Below, in pieces: positions 9,118 to 20,083 of a DNA stretch of 64,000 nucleotides. Position numbers and translations under genes: made by a program. The notes under the pieces are model-generated. The model ran no database searches. It was given only the letters and a program-made list of their open reading frames with translations, and was not told the origin of the DNA. Position 1 is the first letter of the stretch. Every line of letters begins with the position of its first letter. Source of the DNA: Escherichia phage vB-Eco-KMB23. The stretch lies in the sequence record OR525702.1; one strand, 5' to 3'.

Positions 9118-9842
9118 TATAGTACCTTTAGTGTATTTTTAATTTTAGAAAAAAGTTCTTCAAGAGAACCATCGTTTGTAATTACTAAATCACCATCACG
9201 AATTGGCAATCCAGCTTCTGTAATATGTGTATCATTGGATTTTTGACCAGGACGAACTACATGAATTACTGTAGCACCCATCGCCCTAGCCGCATCCATT
9301 TCATGATCTTGACGAGTATCAGGAACGATATAATAATCATAACCTGAGTTAAATTTATCAAGATAATCTAAAGCAAATAATTTTACCCAATACATGCGGT
9401 CGAAGTTATTAACAATCAAATCCGTACCTAGGGCTTGCATCAGACGACGGACTGACCATTGATCTTCAATATTATTTATAACGTCAGCAATCTTATTAAA
9501 TGCTACGAAAGTAACTGATTCTTTTCCTTCGTCATCAAAAACAAACACACCTTTAATTGGGCTTTTACTATTAAGATAGCAAAATGCTTGTTCCATAATC
9601 GTGATTACTTCTAATTTAGTCAGATTTAAATTAGTCTCACGATCATAGTCAATTCCTTCAAACTCTTTACGAGTTAAGCAAGGATAGTCAGTGTTTGCTG
9701 CAAATACTCCCCATGCATAAGCCAATGCATCCTTAATAGGACCAGCAAGTTGGTATTTAACTGCAGAATAATTATTCATGATAAAATCTGCAGTAGTATC
9801 TTTTCCGCTACGCTTTACACCACTTAAAAAGATTAGTTTCAT
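9117..9842 (-). CDS. 1: gp1 deoxynucleoside monophosphate kinase
   Basis: 241 aa; P-loop GVKRSGKDT near N-terminus; T4 order 57A-1-3-2-4. Confidence 0.9.
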
Positions 9843-9891
9843 ATGTTTCTCCTCAAATTTAGTTAAGATTATAACACATGAAACTGAAGCA

Positions 9892-10422
9892 TTAAACTTC
9901 TGCTATAATTTTTCCATCTTTTTCTACTTGAAAATAGGTGTAAGGAATCGTTGCAGTACATACTAAAGCCGGGTCTGAATCTTCCGTATAGCTAAATTCT
10001 ACTTCAGATAGGTCAGAAACCCAAGGCTTATAAAAATTTATTGACATCACGATTTCAGTTTTGCTATTATCTAAGATGTAAAGCGTAATGTACTCAGGAC
10101 CTGTTTTTTGGGCAGTATTTTCACCTGTAAGATAGTTGCTAGTTCCTAGCATCCATTCATACATTCCTATCCACGACTTAAGTTCTTCATCAACTATAAA
10201 TCTCACAATGAGTGGATCATACTCGAATGTAACACCTGGACGTTGTGCTCGGCCCAGTCCAAACGGCCCAGTCACGGTATCAGTAACAGGTATTCTAATT
10301 CCTGGAATAGGAACTGACTGAGCATTTAAAGTAAAAGCAGATGTAGTATTACTATGTGGTATTGATACTACAAAGTTAGTTGTATTTGCTTGGTTAAAAA
10401 TTTGTTGTAGAGCTTGCGACAT
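9892..10422 (-). CDS. 3: gp3 tail tube terminator/sheath stabiliser
   Basis: Start placed at internal Met (MSQALQQIF...) with SD GAGGAA; ORF-track N-terminal extension runs into a tandem repeat and is rejected. Confidence 0.85.
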   Translation of the reverse strand: MSQALQQIFNQANTTNFVVSIPHSNTTSAFTLNAQSVPIPGIRIPVTDTVTGPFGLGRAQRPGVTFEYDPLIVRFIVDEELKSWIGMYEWMLGTSNYLTGENTAQKTGPEYITLYILDNSKTEIVMSINFYKPWVSDLSEVEFSYTEDSDPALVCTATIPYTYFQVEKDGKIIAEV

Positions 10423-10473
10423 ATATTCCTCATAATGCTTTATAACTGTTGGTGGTATAATGGGTCTAAGTCC

Positions 10474-10510
10474 CTTCCATTCAATTCCATTCAATTCCAT
10501 TCAATTCCAT
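10474..10510. repeat. 10-bp tandem repeat (tcaattccat x3 plus partial copy) in gene 2-gene 3 intergenic region
   Basis: Direct reading: cttccat tcaattccat tcaattccat tcaattccat tta. Confidence 0.9.
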
Positions 10511-10548
10511 TTAGAACAAACAACAGAAAAGAATGGAAGATAATAGAA

Positions 10549-11373
10549 TTAGATATTTGACCAGACTTTGTTTGCAGAGAAACGTTTTCCTTTTGAAACG
10601 AACTGCTGAAGTGGCATCAACACAACGTTCGCCCAGTCTTTCGGGGCGATTTCAACAAGGCTACCCATAATATTACCAGGTATATATGCCTTAATCATTT
10701 GGTCTGCACCCCTAAATCCTTTCACTTGACTCCAATCAATTTTTAATTTCGTTTTATTAGTAATAGTAGGTGTATTTGAATATTGCTTTAAAAGCTCTTC
10801 TAGAAATTGCTGACGAGCTTTAGGTGGAATATAGTGCAAGTTTAATCCGTACATTAAATTATGCTTACCTAAACCAAGGTAAATTATCAAAGGAAATTTA
10901 TCCCAGTAAGGAAGAGTTTCCTTGTGTTTAGCATCATAAGCAAAAGCATATATTCGTCCCGGCTGCGGGCGAACAACTTTATGTCCTTTTACTTGCTTAA
11001 TAGTTTCAGCAAACCACTTTCTGGTTTTATTATTAATTGCTGCACCTTCATTACGAATTTTATCACGCAATGTTTGTCTGAATGAATTTATCATAAGCAG
11101 TTGTCTTTCTTGCTTATTGAGTTTATTCATTGGTTTTGATTCAAGCTTTTGAATCTTTTCAGCCGTTTTAATTCCTGAAGCATATTTTGACATTGCTGAA
11201 GTAAACGTAGAGTATTTGATTCCTCTTTCTTCAGCAAATTGCTTTCCTGTCATTCCTTTTGCTTTGGCCTTTTTATATTCAAGACCTATCTGAATCCATT
11301 TCTTTTCGTTTAATGATTGCTTAACCTTTGGAACTTGGGGAGTGCTTTCATTAATTATTTGAAAAATAGCCAT
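10549..11373 (-). CDS. 2: gp2 DNA end-protector protein
   Basis: 274 aa, matches T4 gp2 length and order. Confidence 0.9.
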   Translation of the reverse strand: MAIFQIINESTPQVPKVKQSLNEKKWIQIGLEYKKAKAKGMTGKQFAEERGIKYSTFTSAMSKYASGIKTAEKIQKLESKPMNKLNKQERQLLMINSFRQTLRDKIRNEGAAINNKTRKWFAETIKQVKGHKVVRPQPGRIYAFAYDAKHKETLPYWDKFPLIIYLGLGKHNLMYGLNLHYIPPKARQQFLEELLKQYSNTPTITNKTKLKIDWSQVKGFRGADQMIKAYIPGNIMGSLVEIAPKDWANVVLMPLQQFVSKGKRFSANKVWSNI

Positions 11374-11825
11374 TATGCCCCCTTAAAGCCAAGAGCTCGT
11401 AATCCATCTTCTGTTAGAATTCTAAATTTTATTCCACGCTTTTCAGCTAAAGCTTGCGCTGCTTTCCATTTGTCGGTATTAACGGAATATGTATAAATTT
11501 CATTCATAAATCTTTTCTTCGCTGCAGTTGTTAGATGTGCTGGTTTAACTGGTGGTTGTGTTTCTTTTTTAGGTTTTATTTCAATAAAAAATTCTTGTCC
11601 AGAAGAATCTTTCATCCAAATATCCATGAAGTATCTACGTTTTTTCCCTTCTGCATTACAAAAATAAGGAATTACTGCTGTTTCACTACCCCATGCAATA
11701 ATTTCTGGATTTTTATCTAACCATTCAAAAAAGAATTTTTCCCAATTTGATCTATACGTAATTTTTTTAGGGTCACCTCTATACTTTGATATATTTTTAG
11801 GAACCCATTTTCCAGAATATGCCAT
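11373..11825 (-). CDS. 4: gp4 head completion protein
   Basis: 150 aa; T4 gp4-like; stop/start overlap with gene 2. Confidence 0.9.
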   Translation of the reverse strand: MAYSGKWVPKNISKYRGDPKKITYRSNWEKFFFEWLDKNPEIIAWGSETAVIPYFCNAEGKKRRYFMDIWMKDSSGQEFFIEIKPKKETQPPVKPAHLTTAAKKRFMNEIYTYSVNTDKWKAAQALAEKRGIKFRILTEDGLRALGFKGA

Positions 11826-11835
11826 TGGATTCTCC

Positions 11836-11843
11836 TTATAAAT
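11836..11843 (+). promoter_or_regulatory. late promoter TATAAATA for gene 53
   Basis: Exact TATAAATA 30 nt upstream of gene 53 ATG. Confidence 0.65.
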
Positions 11844-11850
11844 AGATAAT

Positions 11851-11858
11851 ATATTTAT
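11851..11858 (-). promoter_or_regulatory. late promoter TATAAATA (minus) for gene 4
   Basis: Plus tatttata; divergent from gene 53 promoter. Confidence 0.6.
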
Positions 11859-11872
11859 AAACAGGAGGGCCC

Positions 11873-12463
11873 ATGCTCTTTACATTTTTTGATCCGATTG
11901 AATATGCGGCCAAAACGGTGAATAAAAACGCGCCGACTATTCCTATGACAGATATTTTTAGAAACTATAAAGACTATTTTAAACGCGCTCTTGCGGGATA
12001 CCGCTTACGTACTTATTATATCAAAGGTTCACCACGCCCGGAAGAATTAGCAAATACTATATATGGAAATCCACAGTTGTATTGGGTTTTATTGATGTGT
12101 AATGATAATTATGACCCGTATTATGGATGGATTACTTCACAAGAAGCTGCTTATCAAGCATCTATACAAAAATACAAAAATGTGGGTGGAGACCAGATAG
12201 TATATCATGTGAATGAGAACGGTGAAAAATTTTATAATTTAATATCATACGATGATAATCCATATGTTTGGTATGACAAAGGTGATAAAGCTAGAAAATA
12301 TCCTCAATATGAAGGAGCACTTGCTGCGGTCGATACGTATGAAGCTGCTGTTCTTGAAAATGAAAAACTTCGTCAAATAAAAATAATAGCAAAATCCGAC
12401 ATTAATTCATTTATGAACGACCTTATACGTATAATGGAGAAATCTTATGGAAATGATAAGTAA
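11873..12463 (+). CDS. 53: gp53 baseplate wedge protein
   Basis: 196 aa, T4 order 4/53/5. Confidence 0.9.
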   Translation: MLFTFFDPIEYAAKTVNKNAPTIPMTDIFRNYKDYFKRALAGYRLRTYYIKGSPRPEELANTIYGNPQLYWVLLMCNDNYDPYYGWITSQEAAYQASIQKYKNVGGDQIVYHVNENGEKFYNLISYDDNPYVWYDKGDKARKYPQYEGALAAVDTYEAAVLENEKLRQIKIIAKSDINSFMNDLIRIMEKSYGNDK

Positions 12464-14174
12464 TAACCTTAATTGGTTTGTTGGTGTTGTTGAAGATAGA
12501 ATGGACCCATTAAAATTAGGTCGTGTTCGTGTTCGTGTGGTTGGTTTGCATCCACCCCAAAGAGCACAAGGTGATGTAATGGGTATTCCAACTGAAAAAT
12601 TACCATGGATGTCAGTTATTCAACCTATAACTTCTGCAGCGATGTCAGGAATTGGAGGTTCTGTTACAGGGCCAGTAGAAGGAACTAGAGTTTATGGTCA
12701 TTTTTTAGACAAATGGAAAACTAACGGAATTGTCCTTGGCACATATGGTGGAATAGTTCGCGAAAAACCGAATAGACTTGAAGGATTTTCTGACCCAACT
12801 GGGCAGTATCCTAGACGTTTAGGAAATGATACGAACGTATTAAACCAAGGCGGAGAAGTAGGATATGATTCGTCTTCTAACATTATCCAAGATAGTAACT
12901 TAGACACCGCAATAAATCCCGATGATAGACCACTATCAGAGATTCCAACCGATGATAATCCAAATATGTCAATGGCTGAAATGCTTCGCCGTGATGAAGG
13001 ATTAAGACTAAAAGTTTATTGGGATACAGAAGGATATCCGACAATTGGTATTGGTCATCTTATCATGAAGCAGCCAGTTCGTGATATGACCCAAATTAAT
13101 AAAGTTTTATCAAAACAAGTTGGTCGTGAAATTACCGGAAATCCAGGTTCTATTACAATGGAAGAAGCGGTAACTTTATTTGAACGCGATTTGGCTGATA
13201 TGCAACGTGACATTAAATCACATTCTAAAGTAGGACCAGTCTGGCAAGCTGTAAACCGTTCTCGTCAAATGGCATTAGAAAATATGGCATTTCAGATGGG
13301 CGTTGGCGGTGTAGCTAAATTTAACACAATGTTAACTGCTATGTTAGCCGGAGATTGGGAAAAGGCATATAAAGCTGGTCGTGATTCATTGTGGTATCAA
13401 CAAACAAAAGGCCGTGCATCCCGTGTTACCATGATTATTCTTACAGGGAATTTGGAATCATATGGTGTTGAAGTGAAAACCCCAGCTAGGTCTCTATCAG
13501 CAATGGCTGCTACTGTAGCTAAATCTTCTGACCCTGCTGATCCTCCTATTCCAAATGACTCGAGAATTTTATTCAAAGAACCAGTTTCTTCATATAAAGG
13601 TGAATATCCTTATGTGCATACAATGGAAACTGAAAGTGGACATATTCAGGAATTTGATGATACCCCTGGGCAAGAACGATACAGATTAGTTCATCCAACT
13701 GGAACTTATGAAGAAGTATCACCGTCAGGAAGAAGAACAAGAAAAACTGTTGATAATTTGTATGATATAACCAACGCTGATGGTAATTTTTTGGTAGCCG
13801 GTGATAAAAAGACTAACGTCGGTGGTTCAGAAATTTATTACAACATGGATAATCGTCTTCACCAAATAGATGGAAGCAATACAATATTTGTACGTGGCGA
13901 TGAAACTAAGACGGTTGAAGGTAATGGAACTATCCTAGTCAAAGGTAATGTTACTATTGTAGTTGAAGGCAATGCTGACATTACAGTTAAAGGAGATGCT
14001 ACCACTTTAGTTGAAGGTAATCAAACTAATACAGTAAATGGAAATCTTTCTTGGAAAGTTGCTGGGACAGTTGATTGGGACGTTGGCGGTGATTGGACAG
14101 AAAAAATGGCATCTATGAGTTCTATTTCATCTGGTCAATACACAATTGATGGATCGAGGATTGACATTGGCTAA
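12447..14174 (+). CDS. 5: gp5 baseplate hub/cell-puncturing protein with lysozyme domain
   Basis: 575 aa; N-terminal OB domain, central T4-lysozyme-like segment (EGLRLKVYWDTEGYPTIGIGHL), C-terminal beta-helix repeats (VEGN...VKGD). Confidence 0.95.
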   Translation: MEMISNNLNWFVGVVEDRMDPLKLGRVRVRVVGLHPPQRAQGDVMGIPTEKLPWMSVIQPITSAAMSGIGGSVTGPVEGTRVYGHFLDKWKTNGIVLGTYGGIVREKPNRLEGFSDPTGQYPRRLGNDTNVLNQGGEVGYDSSSNIIQDSNLDTAINPDDRPLSEIPTDDNPNMSMAEMLRRDEGLRLKVYWDTEGYPTIGIGHLIMKQPVRDMTQINKVLSKQVGREITGNPGSITMEEAVTLFERDLADMQRDIKSHSKVGPVWQAVNRSRQMALENMAFQMGVGGVAKFNTMLTAMLAGDWEKAYKAGRDSLWYQQTKGRASRVTMIILTGNLESYGVEVKTPARSLSAMAATVAKSSDPADPPIPNDSRILFKEPVSSYKGEYPYVHTMETESGHIQEFDDTPGQERYRLVHPTGTYEEVSPSGRRTRKTVDNLYDITNADGNFLVAGDKKTNVGGSEIYYNMDNRLHQIDGSNTIFVRGDETKTVEGNGTILVKGNVTIVVEGNADITVKGDATTLVEGNQTNTVNGNLSWKVAGTVDWDVGGDWTEKMASMSSISSGQYTIDGSRIDIG

Positions 14175-14703
14175 TATACTTCCAATGAGCGCTGATTTAG
14201 GAGAATCCATGGAAGGTTCTTCTATCGACGTCACCTTTACCGCTCAATTAGAAACAGGTGAAACGTTAGTATCTATAAATATAACTAGTTACGAAGAAAC
14301 TCCTGGAGTTTTAGTAGAAGAAAATCGCTTATATGGAACATATGAATCTGTATTTGGTTTCGGAAATGACGCGTTGAAATATCGTTTAGGCGATGAATTT
14401 AAAACTGCTGCTTCATGGGAAGAACTTCCTACTGATTCTGATACTCAGTTGTATTTGTGGAAAGCTCCTCAAAATCTCCAGAAGACATTCACTTACGAAG
14501 TAACATTAATATATGACTACCAAGAACAAAGTGAATCTGGAGGTTCTGGCAGTAATTCTAGGTCATCTTCTGATACTACTGAACCGGCAGATCCTCCTGC
14601 TCCAGTAAGAAAAACTCTCGTTAAAAATTATACTAAAACTATAGTTGGAAATTGGAGTCGTTGGGCTAATAAACTGAGAAGCTATGTGTATGAGAGGCCA
14701 TAA
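14146..14703 (+). CDS. 5.1: gp5.1-like hypothetical protein
   Basis: 185 aa ORF between 5 and 5.4. Confidence 0.7.
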
Positions 14704-14997
14704 ATGTCAGGATTAAGTTATGATAAGTGTGTTACTGCTGGCCATGAAGCGTGGCCTCCAACAGTTGTGAATGCTACACAAAGTAAAGTATTCACTGGAG
14801 GAATTGCTGTTCTCGTAGCAGGCGATCCAATTACAGAACATACAGAAATTAAAAAGCCATATGAAACACATGGCGGAGTGACACAACCCAGAACTTCTAA
14901 AGTATATGTCACTGGAAAGAAAGCTGTTCAAATGGCTGATCCAATATCATGCGGTGATACTGTGGCTCAGGCATCATCTAAAGTATTCATTAAATAG
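14704..14997 (+). CDS. 5.4: gp5.4 PAAR-repeat spike tip protein
   Basis: 97 aa; PAAR-like fold signature, position after gene 5. Confidence 0.85.
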
Positions 14998-15005
14998 GAT
15001 TTAAA

Positions 15006-16988
15006 ATGGCAAATACCCCTGTAAATTATCAATTAACAAGAACAGCAAATGCTATTCCCGAGATATTCGTCGGGGGTACGTTTGCTGAAATAAAACAAAA
15101 CCTCATTGAATGGCTTAATGGTCAAAATGAATTTTTGGATTATGATTTTGAAGGCTCAAGATTAAACGTTCTGTGTGACCTTTTAGCTTATAATACATTA
15201 TACATTCAACAGTTTGGTAATGCTGCTGTGTATGAAAGCTTTATGCGTACTGCTAACTTACGAAGTTCAGTTGTTCAAGCTGCACAAGATAACGGATATT
15301 TACCTACTTCAAAATCCGCTGCGCAGACCGAAATTATGTTAACATGCACCGACGCATTGAATAGGAATTACATTACTATTCCTCGCGGAACTCGCTTTTT
15401 AGCATATGCAAAAGATACTTCTGTTAATCCATACAACTTCGTTTCTACCGAAGACGTTATTGCTATTCGTGATAAAAATAACCAATATTTTCCGCGTTTA
15501 AAATTGGCCCAGGGACGTATAGTAAGAACTGAAATCATTTATGATAAATTAACACCTATTATCATTTATGATAAAAATATTGATAGAAACCAGGTTAAAT
15601 TATATGTTGATGGAGCGGAATGGATTAACTGGACGAGAAAGTCAATGGTTCATGCTGGTTCAACATCAACGATTTATTATATGCGTGAAACTATTGATGG
15701 AAACACTGAATTCTATTTTGGTGAAGGTGAAATTTCTGTTAATGCTTCTGAAGGAGCTTTGACCGCTAATTATATCGGAGGTCTTAAACCTACTCAGAAC
15801 TCTACGATTGTTATTGAGTACATTAGTACTAATGGTGCTGACGCGAACGGAGCAGTCGGATTTTCATACGCAGATACATTAACAAATATAACTGTCATCA
15901 ATATTAATGAAAATCCAAACGATGACCCAGATTTTGTTGGGGCAGATGGCGGCGGTGATCCAGAAGATATTGAGCGTATTCGCGAATTGGGTACTATTAA
16001 ACGCGAAACCCAGCAACGATGCGTAACTGCGACTGACTATGATACATTCGTTTCAGAGAGATTTGGTTCTATTATTCAAGCAGTTCAAACTTTCACTGAT
16101 TCTACTAAACCTGGGTATGCATTTATTGCTGCTAAACCTAAATCAGGTCTGTATCTAACTACTGTACAACGTGAAGATATTAAAAATTATCTCAAAGACT
16201 ATAATTTAGCTCCTATTACGCCATCAATTATTTCTCCTAATTATCTTTTTATTAAGACTAATTTAAAAGTCACATATGCTTTAAATAAACTGCAAGAATC
16301 CGAGCAGTGGCTTGAAGGTCAAATAATTGATAAAATTGATCGCTATTATACCGAAGATGTAGAAATTTTTAACTCGTCTTTTGCCAAGTCTAAGATGTTG
16401 ACATATGTAGATGATGCAGATCATTCTGTCATTGGTTCATCAGCGACTATTCAAATGGTTCGTGAAGTACAAAACTTCTATAAAACACCTGAAGCAGGTA
16501 TTAAATACAATAATCAAATAAAAGATCGTTCTATGGAATCTAATACGTTTTCATTTAATTCTGGACGAAAGGTTGTAAATCCTGATACTGGTTTAGAAGA
16601 AGATGTATTATATGACGTTCGTATAGTATCAACAGACCGAGATTCTAAAGGAATCGGTAAAGTTATTATTGGTCCATTTGCTTCTGGCGATGTTACAGAA
16701 AATGAAAACATTCAGCCGTATACAGGCAACGATTTTAACAAATTAGCAAATTCTGATGGACGCGACAAATACTATGTTATCGGTGAAATAAATTACCCAG
16801 CTGACATGATTTATTGGAATATCGCTAAAATTAATTTAACATCTGAAAAATTTGAAGTTCAGACTATTGAATTATATTCTGACCCAACCGATGATGTTAT
16901 CTTTACTCGCGATGGTTCACTGATTGTATTTGAAAATGACTTACGTCCGCAATACTTAACTATCGATTTGGAGCCTATATCACAATGA
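15006..16988 (+). CDS. 6: gp6 baseplate wedge protein
   Basis: 660 aa. Confidence 0.95.
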   Translation: MANTPVNYQLTRTANAIPEIFVGGTFAEIKQNLIEWLNGQNEFLDYDFEGSRLNVLCDLLAYNTLYIQQFGNAAVYESFMRTANLRSSVVQAAQDNGYLPTSKSAAQTEIMLTCTDALNRNYITIPRGTRFLAYAKDTSVNPYNFVSTEDVIAIRDKNNQYFPRLKLAQGRIVRTEIIYDKLTPIIIYDKNIDRNQVKLYVDGAEWINWTRKSMVHAGSTSTIYYMRETIDGNTEFYFGEGEISVNASEGALTANYIGGLKPTQNSTIVIEYISTNGADANGAVGFSYADTLTNITVININENPNDDPDFVGADGGGDPEDIERIRELGTIKRETQQRCVTATDYDTFVSERFGSIIQAVQTFTDSTKPGYAFIAAKPKSGLYLTTVQREDIKNYLKDYNLAPITPSIISPNYLFIKTNLKVTYALNKLQESEQWLEGQIIDKIDRYYTEDVEIFNSSFAKSKMLTYVDDADHSVIGSSATIQMVREVQNFYKTPEAGIKYNNQIKDRSMESNTFSFNSGRKVVNPDTGLEEDVLYDVRIVSTDRDSKGIGKVIIGPFASGDVTENENIQPYTGNDFNKLANSDGRDKYYVIGEINYPADMIYWNIAKINLTSEKFEVQTIELYSDPTDDVIFTRDGSLIVFENDLRPQYLTIDLEPISQ

Positions 16989-19900
16989 CAGTAAAAGCAC
17001 CTTCAGTCACTAGTCTCAGAATTTCCAAGTTATCCGCAAATCAGGTGCAAGTACGCTGGGATGACGTTGGTGCTAATTTCTACTATTTTGTAGAAATCGC
17101 TGAGACAAAAACAAACTCGGGGGAAAATCTCCCGAGTAATCAATACAGATGGATTAACTTAGGATATACTGCAAATAACAGCTTCTTTTTTGATGATGCT
17201 GACCCATTGACATCATACGTTATTAGAGTAGCTACAGCTGCACAAGATTTTGAGCAGTCTGATTGGATTTATACCGAAGAGTTTGAAACTTTTGCTACAA
17301 ATGCTTATACATTTCAAAACATGATTGAAATGCAATTAGCTAATAAATTCATTCAGGAAAAATTTACTCTTAATAATTCTGATTATGTTAATTTTAATAA
17401 TGACACTATAATGGCTGCATTGATGAATGAATCATTTCAATTCAGCCCATCATATGTTGACGTTTCATCAATAAGTAATTTTATTATTGGTGAAAATGAG
17501 TATCATGAAATACAGGGTTCTATTCAGCAAGTATGTAAGGATATTAACCGAGTTTATTTGATGGAATCAGAAGGGATTTTATACCTTTTTGAGCGCTATC
17601 AACCTGTAGTTAAAGTATCCAATGATAAAGGACAAACTTGGAAAGCTGTAAAGCTCTTCAATGACCGCGTAGGATATCCTTTATCTAAGACAGTATATTA
17701 CCAATCTGCGAACACAACATACGTTCTAGGATACGACAAGATTTTCTATGGCCGCAAATCTACTGATGTTAGATGGTCAGCTGATGATGTCAGATTTAGT
17801 TCGCAAGATATAACATTTGCTAAACTTGGTGACCAATTACATCTAGGATTTGATGTAGAAATTTTTGCCACTTACGCGACTTTACCAGCGAATGTATACC
17901 GCATTGCAGAAGCTATTACTTGTACAGATGATTACATTTACGTTGTCGCCAGAGACAAAGTTAGATACATAAAAACGAGTAATGCACCTATAGATTCTGA
18001 TCCATTATCTCCAACATATTCGGAAAGACTTTTTGAACCCGATACAATGACTATAACTGGAAATCCTAAAGCAGTATGCTATAAAATGGATTCTATCGGT
18101 GATAAAGTTTTTGCTCTTATTATTGGTGAAGTTGAAACATTAAATGCTAATCCTAGAACATCAAAAATAATTGATTCCGCTGATAAAGGAATATATGTTT
18201 TAAATCATGACGAAAAAACATGGAAAAGAGTTTTTGGTAATACTGAAGAAGAAAGAAGACGTATTCAACCCGGATATGCGAATATGTCAACTGATGGTAA
18301 ATTAGTTTCTCTATCATCGAGTAATTTTAAATTTTTAAGTGATAATGTTGTTAATGACCCTGAAACTGCAGCAAAATATCAGTTAATCGGTGCTGTTAAA
18401 TATGAATTTCCTCGTGAATGGTTAGCTGATAAGCATTATCATATGATGGCATTTATAGCAGATGAAAAGTCTGATTGGGAAACTTTTACGCCTCAGCCGA
18501 TGAAATACTACGCAGAACCGTTCTTTAACTGGTCTAAAAAATCTAACACACGTTGTTGGATAAACAACTCCGATAGGGTTGTAGTAGTTTATGCTGATTT
18601 AAAATACACTAAAGTTATAGAAAATATTCCGGAAACATCACCAGATAGATTAGTTCATGAATACTGGGATGATGGCGATTGTACTATAGTAATGCCAAAT
18701 GTTAAATTCACTGGATTTAAAAAATATGCATCTGGGATGCTTTTCTATAAAGCCTCTGGTGAAATAATTTCTTACTATGATTTTAACTATCGCGTGAGAG
18801 ATACAGTAGAAATTATTTGGAAGCCAACTGAAGTATTTTTAAAAGCATTTTTACAAAACCAAGAGCATGAAACTCCTTGGTCGCCCGAAGAAGAGCGTGG
18901 ATTAGCTGACCCTGATTTAAGACCATTGATTGGCACAATGATGCCTGATTCTTATTTGTTGCAGGATTCGAATTTTGAGGCATTTTGCGAAGCATATATT
19001 CAGTATCTTTCTGATGGATATGGAACTCAGTATAACAATTTACGAAATTTAATTCGTAACAAATATCCACGAGAAGAGCATGCATGGGAATATTTGTGGT
19101 CAGAGATATATAAAAGAAACATTTATTTAAATGCTGACAAACGTGATGCTGTTACAAGATTTTTCGAATCACGTAGCTATGATTTTTATTCTACTAAAGG
19201 AATTGAAGCATCATACAAATTTCTTTTTAAAGTTCTTTATAATGAAGAAGTTGAAATTGAAATTGAATCTGGGGCTGGTACTGAATATGATATAATCGTT
19301 CAATCTGATTCTTTGACTGAAGACTTAGTAGGACAAACGATTTATACAGCTACAGGAAGATGTAATGTTACTTATATAGAAAGAAGCTATTCTAATGGTA
19401 AATTGCAATGGACCGTAACTATTCATAATCTTTTGGGAAGATTGATTGCCGGTCAAGAAGTTAAAGCAGAAAGACTTCCTAGTTTTGAAGGCGAAATTAT
19501 TCGTGGGGTTAAAGGAAAGGATTTGCTTCAAAATAATATAGACTATATTAATAGAAGTCGATCATATTATGTAATGAAAATTAAATCCAACTTACCTTCT
19601 TCCCGCTGGAAATCTGACGTTATTCGTTTTGTTCATCCAGTAGGATTTGGATTTATAGCAATTACCCTTTTAACTATGTTTATTAATGTTGGTTTAACTC
19701 TTAAACATACAGAGACCATAATTAATAAATACAAAAACTATAAATGGGATTCTGGATTGCCTACTGAATATGCTGATAGAGTAGCTAAATTAACTCCGAC
19801 TGGTGAAATTGAGCATGATTCGGTAACAGGCGAAGCAATTTATGAGCCTGGCCCAATGGCTGGTGTAGAATATCCTCTTCCTGATGACTATAATGCTGAA

Positions 19901-20083
19901 AATAACAATTCAATATTTCAAGGTCAATTTCCGTCTGAACGACGTAAATTAATGAGTCCTCTATTTGACGCATCTGGAACAACATTTGCACAATTTAGGG
20001 ATTTAGTTAATAAACGTCTAAAAGATAATATAGGAAATCCAAGAGACCCTGAAAATCCAACACAGGTTAAAATAGATGAATGA
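16985..20083 (+). CDS. 7: gp7 baseplate wedge initiator
   Basis: 1032 aa. Confidence 0.95.
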   Translation: MTVKAPSVTSLRISKLSANQVQVRWDDVGANFYYFVEIAETKTNSGENLPSNQYRWINLGYTANNSFFFDDADPLTSYVIRVATAAQDFEQSDWIYTEEFETFATNAYTFQNMIEMQLANKFIQEKFTLNNSDYVNFNNDTIMAALMNESFQFSPSYVDVSSISNFIIGENEYHEIQGSIQQVCKDINRVYLMESEGILYLFERYQPVVKVSNDKGQTWKAVKLFNDRVGYPLSKTVYYQSANTTYVLGYDKIFYGRKSTDVRWSADDVRFSSQDITFAKLGDQLHLGFDVEIFATYATLPANVYRIAEAITCTDDYIYVVARDKVRYIKTSNAPIDSDPLSPTYSERLFEPDTMTITGNPKAVCYKMDSIGDKVFALIIGEVETLNANPRTSKIIDSADKGIYVLNHDEKTWKRVFGNTEEERRRIQPGYANMSTDGKLVSLSSSNFKFLSDNVVNDPETAAKYQLIGAVKYEFPREWLADKHYHMMAFIADEKSDWETFTPQPMKYYAEPFFNWSKKSNTRCWINNSDRVVVVYADLKYTKVIENIPETSPDRLVHEYWDDGDCTIVMPNVKFTGFKKYASGMLFYKASGEIISYYDFNYRVRDTVEIIWKPTEVFLKAFLQNQEHETPWSPEEERGLADPDLRPLIGTMMPDSYLLQDSNFEAFCEAYIQYLSDGYGTQYNNLRNLIRNKYPREEHAWEYLWSEIYKRNIYLNADKRDAVTRFFESRSYDFYSTKGIEASYKFLFKVLYNEEVEIEIESGAGTEYDIIVQSDSLTEDLVGQTIYTATGRCNVTYIERSYSNGKLQWTVTIHNLLGRLIAGQEVKAERLPSFEGEIIRGVKGKDLLQNNIDYINRSRSYYVMKIKSNLPSSRWKSDVIRFVHPVGFGFIAITLLTMFINVGLTLKHTETIINKYKNYKWDSGLPTEYADRVAKLTPTGEIEHDSVTGEAIYEPGPMAGVEYPLPDDYNAENNNSIFQGQFPSERRKLMSPLFDASGTTFAQFRDLVNKRLKDNIGNPRDPENPTQVKIDE

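Noticed and set aside
9892-10500. ORF-track N-terminal extension of gp3 (MELNGIEWKGLRPIIPPTVIKHYEEY...)
   Set aside because: Extension initiates inside the 10-bp tandem repeat and lacks an SD; the internal Met at 10422 has a GAGGAA SD and gives the expected 176-aa gp3.
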